Made by a program: the position numbers and the translations under genes | The notes under the pieces: model-generated | What the model was told of the DNA's origin: nothing | The model's database searches: none | What the model saw: only the letters and a program-made list of their open reading frames with translations | From: Macrostomum lignano | Taxonomy: Eukaryota | Assembly: GCA_002269645.1 (NCBI GenBank) | Contig: NIVC01001013.1 | Span: 56,764-120,763 of the forward strand | Length of the DNA stretch: 64,000 nt | Reading direction: 5' to 3' | Shown: one piece after another, positions 22,561-35,260 of the stretch | How positions within the stretch are numbered: position 1 is the stretch's first letter | Layout: each line of letters opens with the position of its first letter

Positions 22561-22566
22561 AGATTC

Positions 22567-22742
22567 TGTCTTACAGCTACAATACCAACATCCCCAGTCT
22601 TACAGCTACAATACCAACATCCCCAGTCTTACAGCTACAATACCAACATCCCCAGTCTTACAGCTACAATACCAACATCCCCAGTCTTACAGCTACAATA
22701 CCAACATCCCCTGTCTTACAGCTACAATACCAACATCCCCAG
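22567..22742 (+). repeat. Six copies of a 29-bp unit spanning the intron/exon junction of PEF paralog 3
   Basis: Unit (A/T)GTCTTACAGCTACAATACCAACATCCCC; the last copy runs straight into the coding sequence (SYSYNTNIPSYGD). Confidence 0.92.
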
Positions 22743-24153
22743 TTACGGGGACGCGGCTGGAGTGCCGCCGCCGCCAGCCTACGAAGATGCGGCTGGAGCA
22801 AATCGAGGTGGCGCCGGATCGCATCCCGGATATCCTGCTCAGCAGCAGCAGCCGCCGTACAATCCGCAGTTCAATCCTCAGCAGCAGCAGCAGCAGCAGC
22901 CCTACAATCCGCAGTTCAATCCCCAGCAGCAGCAGCAGCCCTACAATCCGCAGTTCAATCCCCAGCAGCAGCAGACTCCGTATCCTCAGCAGCCGCCGTA
23001 CAATCCGCAGCAGCAGCAGCCGGGGCCGCCGCCTCCGTCTCTGCAGCTGGCGTCCAACGTGAACCCGGAGGTGGCCAGCTGGTTCGCCGTTGTTGACGAA
23101 AATCGCGACGGCGCAATCACCGTGTCGGAGCTGCAGAGCGCTCTGATCAATGACGACGGCAGATCGTTTGAACTGGCAACTTGCCAGATGCTGGTGAACA
23201 TGTTCGACTCCGACCGGAGCGGCACTATTGACGTTCGAGAGTTCGAGGTGAGCTTTGGGATTAGCGGACCTTAGCCTTCTCGGGATTGGATTAGCGGAGC
23301 TTAATCTTTTCAGGATGGGATTAGCGGAGCTTAATCTCAGGATGGGATTAGCGGAGCTTAATCTCAGGATAGGATTAGCGGAGCTTAATCTTTTCAGGAT
23401 GAGATTAGCAGAGCTTAATCTCAGGATGTAATTAGCGGAGCTTAATCTTTTCAGGATGAGATTAGCAGAGCTTAATCTCAGGATGGGATTAGCGGAGCTT
23501 AATCTCAGTATGGGATTAGCGGAGCTTAATCTCAGTATGGGATTAGCGGAGCTTAATCTCAGTATGGGATTAGCGGAGCTTAATCTCAGTATGGGATTAG
23601 CGGAGCTTAATCTCAGTATGGGATTAGCGGAGCTTAATCTCAGGATGGGATTAGCGGAGCTTAATCTTTTTGTGTCTAAATGAGATTTCGCCAGCTCATC
23701 TTAACCACCTCACCAGAACTCACCAGTACGCACACCGTAGGAGATTCGCTTCACATCCTTTTCTCGCTACTCATTAGTAGCCGATCGGATTCGAGAGCTC
23801 AGAAGCTGTCTGCATGACAAACGCCACCCCCCTTGGCCTCATTCACGCAGGCCATCTTCAATTTCGTCCGTCATTGGCGCGCCGTGTTCGTCGACTTCGA
23901 CGCCAGCCGGTCGCGCCAGCTGACGCCGATGGAGCTCGGCAACGCCCTCAACCGCGTGCACTCCTGCGCCTTCTCGCCGCGCTTTATTGACCAGGCCGCT
24001 CGCCGGTTCGCCCGGCCGCCAGCTATGGAAGTCGGCCTGGACAGCTTCATCTCGCTGAACGCCCTGATCGCCTCGGCGGCGCATCGCTACCGCACCGAGG
24101 GCCGCGGCGCGCCCTACGAGGACTTCCTGCTCAACTGTATTATGCGGGCCTGA
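22714..24153 (+). CDS. Peflin-like penta-EF-hand protein, paralog 3, with long Pro/Gln/Tyr-rich N-terminus (exons ~22714-23247 and 23851-24153)
   Basis: PPYNPQFNPQQQQ repeats, WFAVVDENRDGAITVSEL, FDSDRSGTIDVREFE|AIFNF. Phase-0 intron 23248-23850 at the same position as in paralog 2. The 5' start is unresolved. Confidence 0.88.
23255..23670. repeat. Intronic minisatellite, ~27-bp unit GGATTAGCGGAGCTTAATCTCAGTATG
   Basis: Direct inspection; lies in the intron of PEF paralog 3. Confidence 0.93.
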
Positions 24154-24261
24154 TTGCTTGTGAAGCTGGAGACAGTGACAGAAACTGAAATATAAAGACT
24201 CCGCACAATGCTTTGCAAGTTGCCTGCGTCGCCTCATCTCTTCCAGATTTGCGTTCAGTGA

Positions 24262-25325
24262 GATCTAACCCCTGAGATCTACCATTGAGATCTACCATTG
24301 AGATCTGTCATTGAGATCTACCATTAAAATCTAACTCCTGTGATCTACCATTGAGATCTATCATTGAGATCTACCATTAAAATCTAACCCCTGAGATCTA
24401 CCATTGAGATCTACCATTGAAATCTAACCCCTGAGATCTACCATTCAGATCTACCATTAAAATCTAACCCCTGAGATCTACCATTGAGATCTATCATTGA
24501 GATCTACCATTAAAATCTAACCCCTGAGATCTACCATTGAGATCTATCATTGAGATCTACCATTAAAATCTAACCCCTGAGATCTACCATTGAGATCTAC
24601 CATTGAAATCTAACCCCTGAGATCTACCATTGAGATCTACCATTGAAATCTAACCCCTGAGATCTACCATTCAGATCTACCATTAAAATCTAACCCCTGA
24701 GATCTACCATTGAGATCTACCATTGAGATCTATCATTGAGATCTACCATTAAAATCTAACTCCTGTGATCTACCATTGAGATCTATCATTGAGATCTACC
24801 ATTAAAATCTAACCCCTGAGATCTACCATTGAGATCTACCATTGAGATCTAACCCCTGAGATCTACCATTGAGATCTACCATTGAGATCTGTCATTGAGA
24901 TCTACCATTAAAATCTAACTCCTGTGATCTACCATTGAGATCTACCATTGAGATCTATCATTGAGATCTACCATTAAAATCTAACCCCTGAGATCTACCA
25001 TTGAGATCTACCATTGAAATCTAACCCCTGAGATCTACCATTCAGATCTACCATTAAAATCTAACCCCTGAGATCTACCCATTGAGATATAACCCCTGAG
25101 ATCTACCACTGAAATCCTGAGATCTACTCCTGAGATCCTGAGATCTACCCCTGAAATCCTGAGATCCTGAGATTTTCCCCTGAAATCCTGAGATCTACCC
25201 CTGAGATCCTGAGATCCTGAGATTTTCCCCTGAAATCCTGAGATCTACCCCTGAGATCCTGAGATCCTGAGATTTTCCCCTGAGATCCTGAGATCTACCC
25301 CTGAGATCCTGAGATCTACCTTTGA
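24262..25325. repeat. Composite minisatellite (TTGAGATCTACCA and AAATCTAACCCCTGAG subunits)
   Basis: Direct inspection; grades into CCTGAGAT units at the 3' end. Confidence 0.93.
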
Positions 25326-27299
25326 GATTCAAATTTAGGATTTTTTTGTATCTTGATAATTCGCATCAATGCGATCCACACCTGATCTGTCAATTTTGCT
25401 GCAGAAAAAACCTTTGGCTTTGGAATTTTCAATTTCCCAATGGATTTCCTGCAAAGCATCCCATTTTCCAGTTGTACCTATTTTCTCAACTATTGAGTGT
25501 TTTATTTAATCTCATTTTGTTTTGTTTAATCCTTTTCGTATTAATAATTTCAAATCCGGGACATATTCGTGTTTAAATTGACTACTTTCTGCTTGAAGCA
25601 GATCAGTAGCGAGATGCGTATATGAACACATCCAAAACTGAACTTTTTATCCAGACCCTCGAGCACTCTTTTGAACCAAAAAATAGAAGCTTTTTTATGA
25701 AATTTGTTGATTTTAGACTCAGTGTATTTTCTATTGAAGTTCGTTTAATTTTTGTGTGTCAGTCTGTTGTAACTGCCTGTACAACAACCAACATTAATAT
25801 GGTTGAATAATATTAAGTTATTTGTGCGTATTATACACTATATATGCCTGTTATCACATTATTCAAGCATGCCATAATTAATACATTAAAGATGTGTTGC
25901 TGTTACATTATCATGTAACACATTTCCAAGTACAACCAGTTTGTTTATTTAACAACTAAAATGCATATAAATATCAACTAACTTTTTTTAATCTATTCGG
26001 CTCACCCTTTCTGTCTACTGACAGTAACCAATCGGGGTTGTTAGTAGTTTATTGAATTTATGCTAATAATTTTTACCTGTCAGATTGGCAGTGGGAATGC
26101 TTAGACTCTGTTGACCAGATATCATTGACCTCCGGAGAACAGGTGGTCTCACTCTCGTCCTGAGCAGTAATCAGACAATCCACTTGAGCAGCCTTAGAGA
26201 CTAAACCGCCGCTGAACTTCCCTATTATAGACGAAGCATCTTACCGTATGGGGATATTCAACACTGTTTAAAATCCCCAGGCAAACAGCTCGGGGATAAA
26301 CACGATTGCCCCTTGCTTGGCTTTGACAAAGCAATTTTCGGCCTTCCTTTGTCCGCGCGGGGAGGAGGGCTTCTTGTCAAATCAACAAGCAAATCAGAGG
26401 CTGCTTGCTCAACTCAGCACCAGTTGGTGTCCGCAAACATCCGCGATGGATTTTTGCCCCGCGATGTCCGGTTTTTTTATGCGAGATTGAGCAGCTGATT
26501 AGGGAAGAGGAAGATTTGAGCTCGCCTGGTTTTGAATCCCCTCCCATCAATAATGGACTGCGCCAAGCGGCAGGGGGGACTGCAGGGATTTTACTGCCAG
26601 CCAGGGGACGAGCAAGCAAAAGCAATTAATTTCCATCTTGAAGAAGGGTTGGCTATAAAAACGCAATCGGCACAAAAAGCCATTTACTGAGGAGAGAGTG
26701 AAGGAGTTTGTGTGTGTTTTAAAGCATGCTGCCAGGCCAGCTCTTTATACTCACTCGATTCAGCGGTTGAGATGCCTATCGCGCAGCAGCTCACTGTATA
26801 AGATGCTGAAAATGCTAAAAAATGGATGAGATACCGAACTCCTGCGAGACTCGGTCCCTGCATTCGCGTGCCGAATAAGCAGAATTGTCTCCAATTGCTG
26901 TTGCTGGCTTGCCAGCAATGAGCTCTGCAGAATACTGCGCAAGTCACTGTCTGCTGTTGCCATGCCGGCCGGGCCATTATTTACTGCTGGCTTATTAGCT
27001 AGGAAATTTTGCTTTTGGCACACTTCCCGTTTGTCGGGTGCATCCGAGAAGTTTCTTTTTTCACGTTCATGCGACATTATTTTTGGTTTTTTTAGCAGTT
27101 TTTTATACCCATGCAGATATCTGAGTGCTTAAGAGTTGCGAGTGGATGAGAGCAACCAGCTCTTTATTCCTTTGGAGATTCCCCGGCTTATATAAAATTA
27201 TGTAGAGATCATTTCCGTGAATTAATATTCTGAATATTTTTAAGATAGAAGAAAGTACGAACTGGAGAAATGCATATTCACCCAAACTGAAGTTTACCC

Positions 27300-27790
27300 T
27301 AAATGAGACTCACCCGAAATGAGACTCACCTAAGATGAGATTGACCTGAGATGAGATTCTCCTGAAATGAGACTCACCCAAAATGAGACTCACCTGAAAT
27401 GAGACTCACCCAAAATGAGACTCACCTGAAATGAGACTCACTCAAAATAAGACTCACCTGAAATGAGATTCTGCTGAAATGAGACTCACCTAAGATGAGA
27501 TTGACCTGAGATGAGATTCTCCTGAAATGAGACTCACCTAAGATGAGATTGACCTGAGATGAGATTCTCCTGAAATGAGACTCACCCGAAATGAGACTCA
27601 CCTAAGATGAGATTGACCAGCTGAGATGAAATTCTCCTGAAATGAGACTCACCTAAGATGAGATTGACCTGAGATGAGATTCTCCTGAAATGAGACTCAC
27701 CTAAGATGAGATTGACCTGAGATGAGACTCACCCGAAATGAGACTCACCTGAAATGAGATTCAATCAAAATGAGATTCACCCGAATTAAG
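27300..27790. repeat. Minisatellite, 16-bp unit AAATGAGACTCACCTG with a 3-unit higher-order pattern
   Basis: Direct inspection. Confidence 0.92.
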
Positions 27791-29637
27791 ATTCTGGCAC
27801 AGACATTGCCTTCATAGATAAAAGTTCAAGGCACAGCTAGCAGGTTTCACGAGATTCTATGAATAAATCCAGCGCTAAGTGGCTGAGCCACCTAAAGCTT
27901 CCCCTCCGCCTCTGTGCGGCTCAATAAAAACGGGTTTTGGTTAATTTGCATGAAATTCGCGCTCTCAGTTCCATCTGAGGCTGTCGCTCCATCGCCGGAA
28001 CTGATAGAGCAGCATCACACGCCCGCGGTCATATACGAGATGCAAGCAAGCTTTCAACCCTCTTAGCGCTCACATTTCACCGCACTTCCCATGCAAAGGA
28101 AAGCCCCGTGTGCATTTTAATGTATACACATATATAATCAATTGGAGTTGCGCATGCAGCTATTGCACAGGCTTGATGAAGGAGGAGCCCACCTGCAGCG
28201 GCTGAGCGATGCGGAACGGACCTCATTTCCACTGCCTTAACTGCAGCCTCGTCTGACGAACTTCGGTTGTTGTGAATTGTGCGAGTTAGAAAAGCACTAA
28301 AAGGCATCGAAAGGAAGTGTTATAGAAGTTGGAGCCGGCATGGCACCTTCAGGATTTCATGGAAACCTGAGATCCGCGGAGTATATGCGAATCGATGCAT
28401 TGAAATTGAATGCTGTATATTTAAAAATGATAAATTTGTCAAAGACATCAGCCACGTATTTCTGTTCTTATGTACCGTTTTGTCCTGCTCAGATTTACGG
28501 AATGCAAATCCGCGTATATTTATCAGCTATTTATCAGGGATCATTTGGATATGGGAACTCCCGCTGCGATGGTCCTGCATGGCTGGGCACATGGGAGTGG
28601 AACGAGAAATCAGCACAATCAAAGGCTAAATATGGCTCAGTGTATATAACATGAGAAAGGGGATTAACTGTCGCATTACCGTATTATACAGTGTATGCAT
28701 CAACGGTTCATGTTGGCTGCACGCTAACCTGCACATGCATAGGGGTTGCGCCATCCTCTCACACTCTCAATAGGGTGTTTTGACCTGTGACACCTCTATA
28801 ATATGACCCTATCTGTCTACCTTATCTATATTCCCACCTCAGCGGGGGGCTGGGCTCTATATATGATGAATTCATCAACTCCTCCCACTTATCCATCAGC
28901 TATCTCTCGTTCTTTTAAAAAAAATTAAATCCCACCCCAGGGGCAATCTCGCCAAACCATTATAATACTGTTTATAATTCTCTATAAAAATCAAATCGAA
29001 CTTCATTTGTTATGCGGGCAACTCAACTCACTATATATAGGGAATACATGCGATATTGTCCACTCAACCAAAATTGCTCATATAATATCCTCAAGTTCAT
29101 AGCAGCTTCCCTATTGTTCTCATTCTTGCCTTACATGATCTGTGGTAACTATGCTGAGCCTTCGCACCTTAATCCTACCTACTCTATTAATATATATGTA
29201 ACACTTCTCTCCATCAAAATAATAAATAGTATTGAAATTTCACCATGCAATAAGTTTACTTGCCCCCATGACAACGCTTAAAATTTCAAATCCCTATTGA
29301 CGTTTTCCAATTGAGTTCAGGTGGGAGATTCGAATACATAAGCGCGGTATGGCATACGCCAATTTGTTTAATTTGTCACTTCGACTGAATTTCCACGGCC
29401 TGTAGGTCCCGAACTGTGCATTGTGGCCAATCGCATGGGTGTGAAGCTGGGGCTCGTGGTCAGTTGGCTTGGATCACACCTTCTAATTAAATTGGAATGG
29501 AACTGCTCATACACAGTACTGGAGTTCAGATCTAATTGATAGGTGCCGAATTCCAAAGTCAGGAAAATCTGACATTAAGACTCCAGCACCAATGTATGGC
29601 GCTACAGTCTGATATGTGGCGCTAAAATATAATAAAT

Positions 29638-31479
29638 TAGGAGTGTTGGTAGAGCTGCGCTGAGCACATCCAAGTTATGGCGCTACACATCAGGTTCTGG
29701 GCTGCCATATAGGGTTCAGGCGCCACATTTAGGGTTCAGGCGCCACATGTAGGGTTCAGGCGCCACATGTAGGGTTCAGGCGCCACATGTAGGGTTCAGG
29801 CGCCACATTTAGGATTCAGGCGCCATATGTAGGGTTCAGACGCCACATATCATATTCTGGCGCCACATATCATATTCTGGCGCCACATATCATATTCTGG
29901 CGCCACATATCATATTCTGGCGCCACATATCATATACTGGCGCCACATATCATATTCTGGCGCCACATATCATATTCTGGCGCCACATATCATATTCTGG
30001 CGCCACATATCATATTCTGGCGCCACATATCATATTCTGGCGCCACATATCATATTCTGGCGCCACATATCATATTCTGGCGCCACATATCATATTCTGG
30101 CGCCACATATCATATTCTGGCACCACATATCATATTCTGGGGCCAAATATCAGATTATAGCGCCAAATTTTATATTCTAGTGCCATATATCAGATTCTGG
30201 CGCCTCACATCGGATTCTGGCGCCTCACATCGGATTCTGGCGCCTCACATCGGATTCTGGCGCCTCACATCGGATTCTGGCGCCTTACATCGGATTCTGG
30301 CGCTATAAATTGTGGCGCCAGCATCTGATTTGTGATGTCAGAGTCTGATGTTTAGCGCTAGAATATTATGTGTGGCGCCAGAATCTGATATGTGTCACTA
30401 GAATCTGATGTGAGGCGCCAGAATCCGATGTGAGGCACAAGAATCCAATGTGAGGCGCCAGAATCTGATATATGGCGCTAGAATATAAATTTTGGCGCCA
30501 GAATATGATATGTGGCGCTAAGTAATGATATTTGGTGCCAGAGTATGATATGTGGTGTCAGAACCTGATATATGGCGCTAGAATATAAATTTTGGCGCCA
30601 GAATATGATATGTGGCGCCAGAAGATGATATGTGGCGCCAGAATCTGATTTATGGCGCTAAATAATGATACTTGGTGCCAGAGTCAGATATGCGGCGCCA
30701 GAATCCGATGTAAGGCGCCAGAATCCGATGTGAGGCGCCAGAATCCGATGTGAGGCGCCAGAATCCGATGTGAGGCGCCAGAATCTGATATATGGCACTA
30801 GAATATATATTTTGGCGCCAGAATATGATATGTGGTGCTAAATAATGATATTTGGTGCCAGAGTACGATATGTGGGGTCAGAACCTGATATATGGCGCTA
30901 GAATATAAAATGTGGCGCCAGAATATGATATGTGGCGCTAAATAATGATATTTGGTGCCAGGGTACGATATGTGGTGTCAGAACCTGATATATGGCGCTA
31001 GAATATAAAATGTGGCACCAGAATATGATATGTGGCGCCAGAATCTGATTATGGCGCTAAATAATGATACTTGGTGCCAGAGTCAGATATGCGGCGCCAG
31101 AATCCGATGTAAGGCGCCAGAATCCGATGTAAGGCGCCAGAATCCGATGTAAGGAGCCAGAATCCGATGTGAGGCGCCAGAATCTGATATATGGCACTAG
31201 AATATAAAATTTGGCGCTATAATCTGATATGTGGCGCCAGAATCCGATGTGAGGCGCTAAATAATGATATTTGGCCCCAGAATATGATATGTGGCACCAG
31301 AGTATGATATGTGGCGCCAGAGTATGATATGTGGCACCAGAGTATGATATGTGACGCCTGAACCCTACATGTGGCGCCTGAACCCTAAATGTGGCGCCTG
31401 AACAGTATATGGCAGCCCATAACCTGATGTGTAGCGCCATAACTTGGATGTGCTCAGCACAGCTCTACCAACACTCCTA
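29638..31479. mobile_element. Foldback-like element: long inverted arms built from 20-bp GGCGCC-core satellite
   Basis: TAGGAGTGTTGGTAGAGCTG.GCTGAGCACATCCAAGTTATGGCGCTACACATCAGGTT... at 29638 is mirrored at the right end (to 31479). Repeat orientation flips at about 30305-30315 (TCTGGCGCCACATATCATAT to ATATGATATGTGGCGCCAGA). TSD not resolved. Confidence 0.8.
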
Positions 31480-32106
31480 CTGGCTCCACTCCTAATTAAA
31501 ACCAAGGTCCATGCATTAAACTCCAAAATCGAAAGCTTATCCAATTTACAGAAGAAACAACAGAAAAAAAGCTGGATTTCCTGAGCTGTGGCGCCATAGG
31601 CGGCTCCCCTCGCCAAGACCCAGCGCCAGTGTCAATAATGATATTTCCAGTTACATTGCCCCAAGGCCCCTATATGGCGCCAGTGATAGCGCTGGGCTGC
31701 ATATGCAGATATGGGCCCCGTATATCTCAGCAGGCCTAATAGGTAAGTCAGTCAGAGTCAGGCCTCTCCTGCAGTGCCGAGACAATGAGGCGGCGCTGGC
31801 CCAGTGTGAGCAGCAGCAGCAGCCGCCGGGTGTGGGCGGCACGGCGCCCACTGCCAATCAGAGACCGGCAGGCCTCCCCCACTGCGACCTCATTGGCTGA
31901 GAGTGCCGATCCGTTGCTCTCCACATCATCCCCACCTACGGCCCCCGCAAACTGAGGCGCCGCCGTTCAACGATTTCTTGATAAAAAGGCGCTCCTGCCC
32001 TCGCATCAGGGGGCCCTCCATCGCGCACAGGACAGCCAGCTATCCGTGTGTTCTCAACCTGCTCTTAACATATATCGATCAGCATTAAGCCACCATTGTG
32101 CCATCA

Positions 32107-35100
32107 ATGCAGCCGCAGCAGCAGCAGCACATGAGCCATCTGCTGGCTATGCTACGCCAGCACCAGGACTCTTCGTTTATCAGAAATGGCAAAGGTGAGC
32201 CTTCACTTGATTGTCAATTATTTAACGCATGCATATATATTCAATCAATGCTAATGTTCGAGAAAGTAATATAGGAACAAGAAGGGCCTGGAGTCAAAGA
32301 TTATTTTATTAATAGGGTAACATTTTGTGTTTGACAATTGCTGGTCACATGGCCAGCATCTTCAAATGTATTTGGCTCACATGGCGTTTATTTAGAGAGC
32401 GGGGAGAGAGAGAAATGAATTGTTAAAGAGGCCGCGAGGCCCAGACTGACTGGCAGCATGTGATGCAGAAAAGTCGCCACTTTGCACACACACGCGCAAG
32501 CTGCCTGAGTGCACGGCCCAGGGCCCCGAGACCACCGGGTCTGTTTGCCATCGCCAGTTCTAACAATTGTTGCTGAGGGGTCCCCGTTTTTTTCTGTCTC
32601 TCGACTCTCTTTCTCCCTCCCTACCTTTCACTTGCCGCGCCTCTATAATACAAGGTTAACAGTTTTTCCTGGAGCCACCTGCCGCCGCCACCGCCCAATG
32701 AGCCCCGTGGGAATGTCTGGGGTGACCTGTGTGCTGAGAGCCGCGGAGACCTGGACAAGACCAACAAGTTTGCGCACACATGTTACCCATGCGCCCCGCC
32801 ACCACATGCATGCCGCTGCCACCGCTCGTGATGCAGGCAGCGTGGGAGAGAGCACTGATCCCTAACCGCCCAGTGTTTGTCTGTGTGTATTTTTGTAGCC
32901 AACCAATGCCATTGTTGCGCACTGCTGCAGATTTGCTCTGCAAACAATGCCCGATAAAGTCATTGGAGGGGATATTATTGCTCAACAAAGCTGGCGGGGA
33001 GGGCGGCTGCTGCAGCGGCGACCGTCTTCTCATGCCGCCGGTGAGGCAGCATGACTTGCAATTCGATGCAATTTATTTCGCCATGATACAGTCAAGAAAG
33101 TCGAACTGAAAGCCGCGGGTCAGAAAGAGACTTTGTTGCCGCAGAGCGAAAGAAATAGGAAACACGAGGGCCCTTCTGCACGCGCAATTCGCCTCTTAAT
33201 CGGTGAACAAACATTGCTGACTTTTAGACTAATATTGAATTGAATGAGACTTCAGTTTGTTTTTGGCCTGCCTGCAGGGACCCTCTGTGTGAGAAGGTGT
33301 GAGGAGTTCTGTGCGGTATTATTGCGTAAAAATTACTGCAAAGTTGAAATAGTCGCAATTATCAATCGTATAGTTGCTATGGCGATTGTTCTCAGCAAAT
33401 TATTCAATGTGATTCTTGACTCATTGAATCATTTCTTTACCGCCGGCTGACTTTTTTAGCAAAATTTCTCAATTAAACTTGCAGACCTGCAGCAGCAGCA
33501 GCAGCAGCAACATCGACCAGCGAACTCGGGTCACCTGCAGGCTGCAGGCTCCGCTATTGCCACATCGGCTGGAATGCCGTTCCGCTTGCCTCCGACTGGC
33601 TCCAGCGCTGGTGCACACACTACCGCTTCCGCCGCCGCAGCCGCCGCAGCCGCAATGTCTCAGGCCTACTGGCACAGCCAGCTGCTGCGCTTCTACCATC
33701 TGGTTGGCTGCCAGCAGCGAGCCGCGATGGCGCCGCAGCTTGCCGCAGCTGCCGCGGGAGCGCAGCATCCGCTGGCGCAGCCGCCGATGCCGCAGCTCCA
33801 GCAGCTCCAGCAGCTCCAGTCGCCGCCGCGCCGCCGCCAGCAGCAGCCGGATAAGAAGCGACTTCAGCAGCACCAGCGGCGCTTCAACTTCGCCCGCCTG
33901 GCCGAGTCCTGCCTGGAGGAGCCGGCCGTCGCCCGCGCTGCTGCCGCCGATGACGTCGCCTCGATCTGCTCGGCGAATTCCACCGCGGCAGCCGAGGATG
34001 CCGAAGCTGTTGTTGGAGTCTGCAGCTCCGAGGACGACGCCGGGGAGCCAGCTGACGGCTCCGCCTCGCCGATGGATGCCGAGTCGTCTCTGCAGATTCA
34101 GGCCCGGCGGCAACCGCCGCCACCGCAGCAGCAGCAGCAGTTCCAGCAGCAGCAGCAGAGACAGCACCTGCCTCAAGCCAACACCCTGGCCATCATGCAG
34201 TTTGGCGGTCTCTCCGCCGCCGCCGCCGCCGCCGCCGTTGCCGCAGCCGCCGCAGCTGCCGCTTCCGCTCCGGGAGGGCGGAAACCGCGGGGTCGCGGAC
34301 CGGGACGGTGAGTGACAACCTGATGACTGCATGGTCGGGGATGCGGGGCAGCCAGCAGCCATTTAGCTAACAGTTATTCTGTAGCAACCCCTTCCCATCC
34401 ACCGGTAACCATGGTGACGCAACAAGCGCGTCTGTCAAATAATAAGTTTAAAAAGTTTTCTTTGCAATCCCATGGCTTGGCATTCTGGGCTTGCAGAGGC
34501 GGCCTGATATTTGAAAAACAGAAACAATAATAAACAATATGCGCTATTTTTTCTAAATTTGCATGGACACGAACTGCAAAGTTTTTTGGGGGGGGGGCTT
34601 ATATGGGTAATACGGTGGGGGCGCTCACTCGCTCACTTTCACCCGCGGGAAGGTGACAAATCGCTGCATGCCAGCATCCGCCCCACGTGTGCGCAACCAG
34701 CTTAGCGCATGCGGTTGCCTTGCTCTGCTGGCTGCCAGGAGTTCGGCAGTTTTTATGCAAATTTAGAAATTATATATTATAGCCACCCAGGCTGCGGAAC
34801 TCAGCCCGCCCACTGCCGAACAACAATATATCGCTGAGGTTGGCCGTGCGGTATCTCCCGTCCCGCATATAGTATACTGACTGTCTGGCATAGGGTGAAG
34901 AACATCGCTGCTTTATTGCCTGCCTTCAACCCGTATGCTAATGAGCTGGCGGAGGTGTGAGTGCATGCTCGAGACTCTCGGTTTGGTTCAACTGTACGAG
35001 CCAAAATGGGTTAAATTGTTGATATTTGTTCATATAATACGGAGATGGACAGTGGAGGCTAGCACAGCCTCCTTCGGTTCCATCTGCTTGGGGAAAGTCA

Positions 35101-35229
35101 ATCCCTGCTGAAGGCAGATACTTATATCCTTTCTCACCTGCTGTAACAATGACTGCTTTTTATTGCATTATTTACCGTCTGTTGTGTGAGCGGCCGAAGT
35201 TTGAATTGCATCAACGCGATCAGGACCGG

Positions 35230-35260
<31 letters not shown>

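Noticed and set aside
26377-28307. Possible minus-strand gene across the 27.3k satellite
   Set aside because: Could not join the short ORFs with consistent splice phases; left unannotated.
28300-28654. VIEVGAGMAP resembling methyltransferase motif I
   Set aside because: The final Gly is missing, no downstream motifs are seen, and there is no splice support.
33469-34362. Long alternative-frame and antisense ORFs over odd exon 2
   Set aside because: Shadows of GC-rich CAG/GCC repeats; only the 33574 frame splices in phase.
34555-34765. Two octamer (ATGCAAAT) sites in odd intron 2
   Set aside because: Could be chance in AT-rich DNA; no conservation data are available to support an enhancer call.
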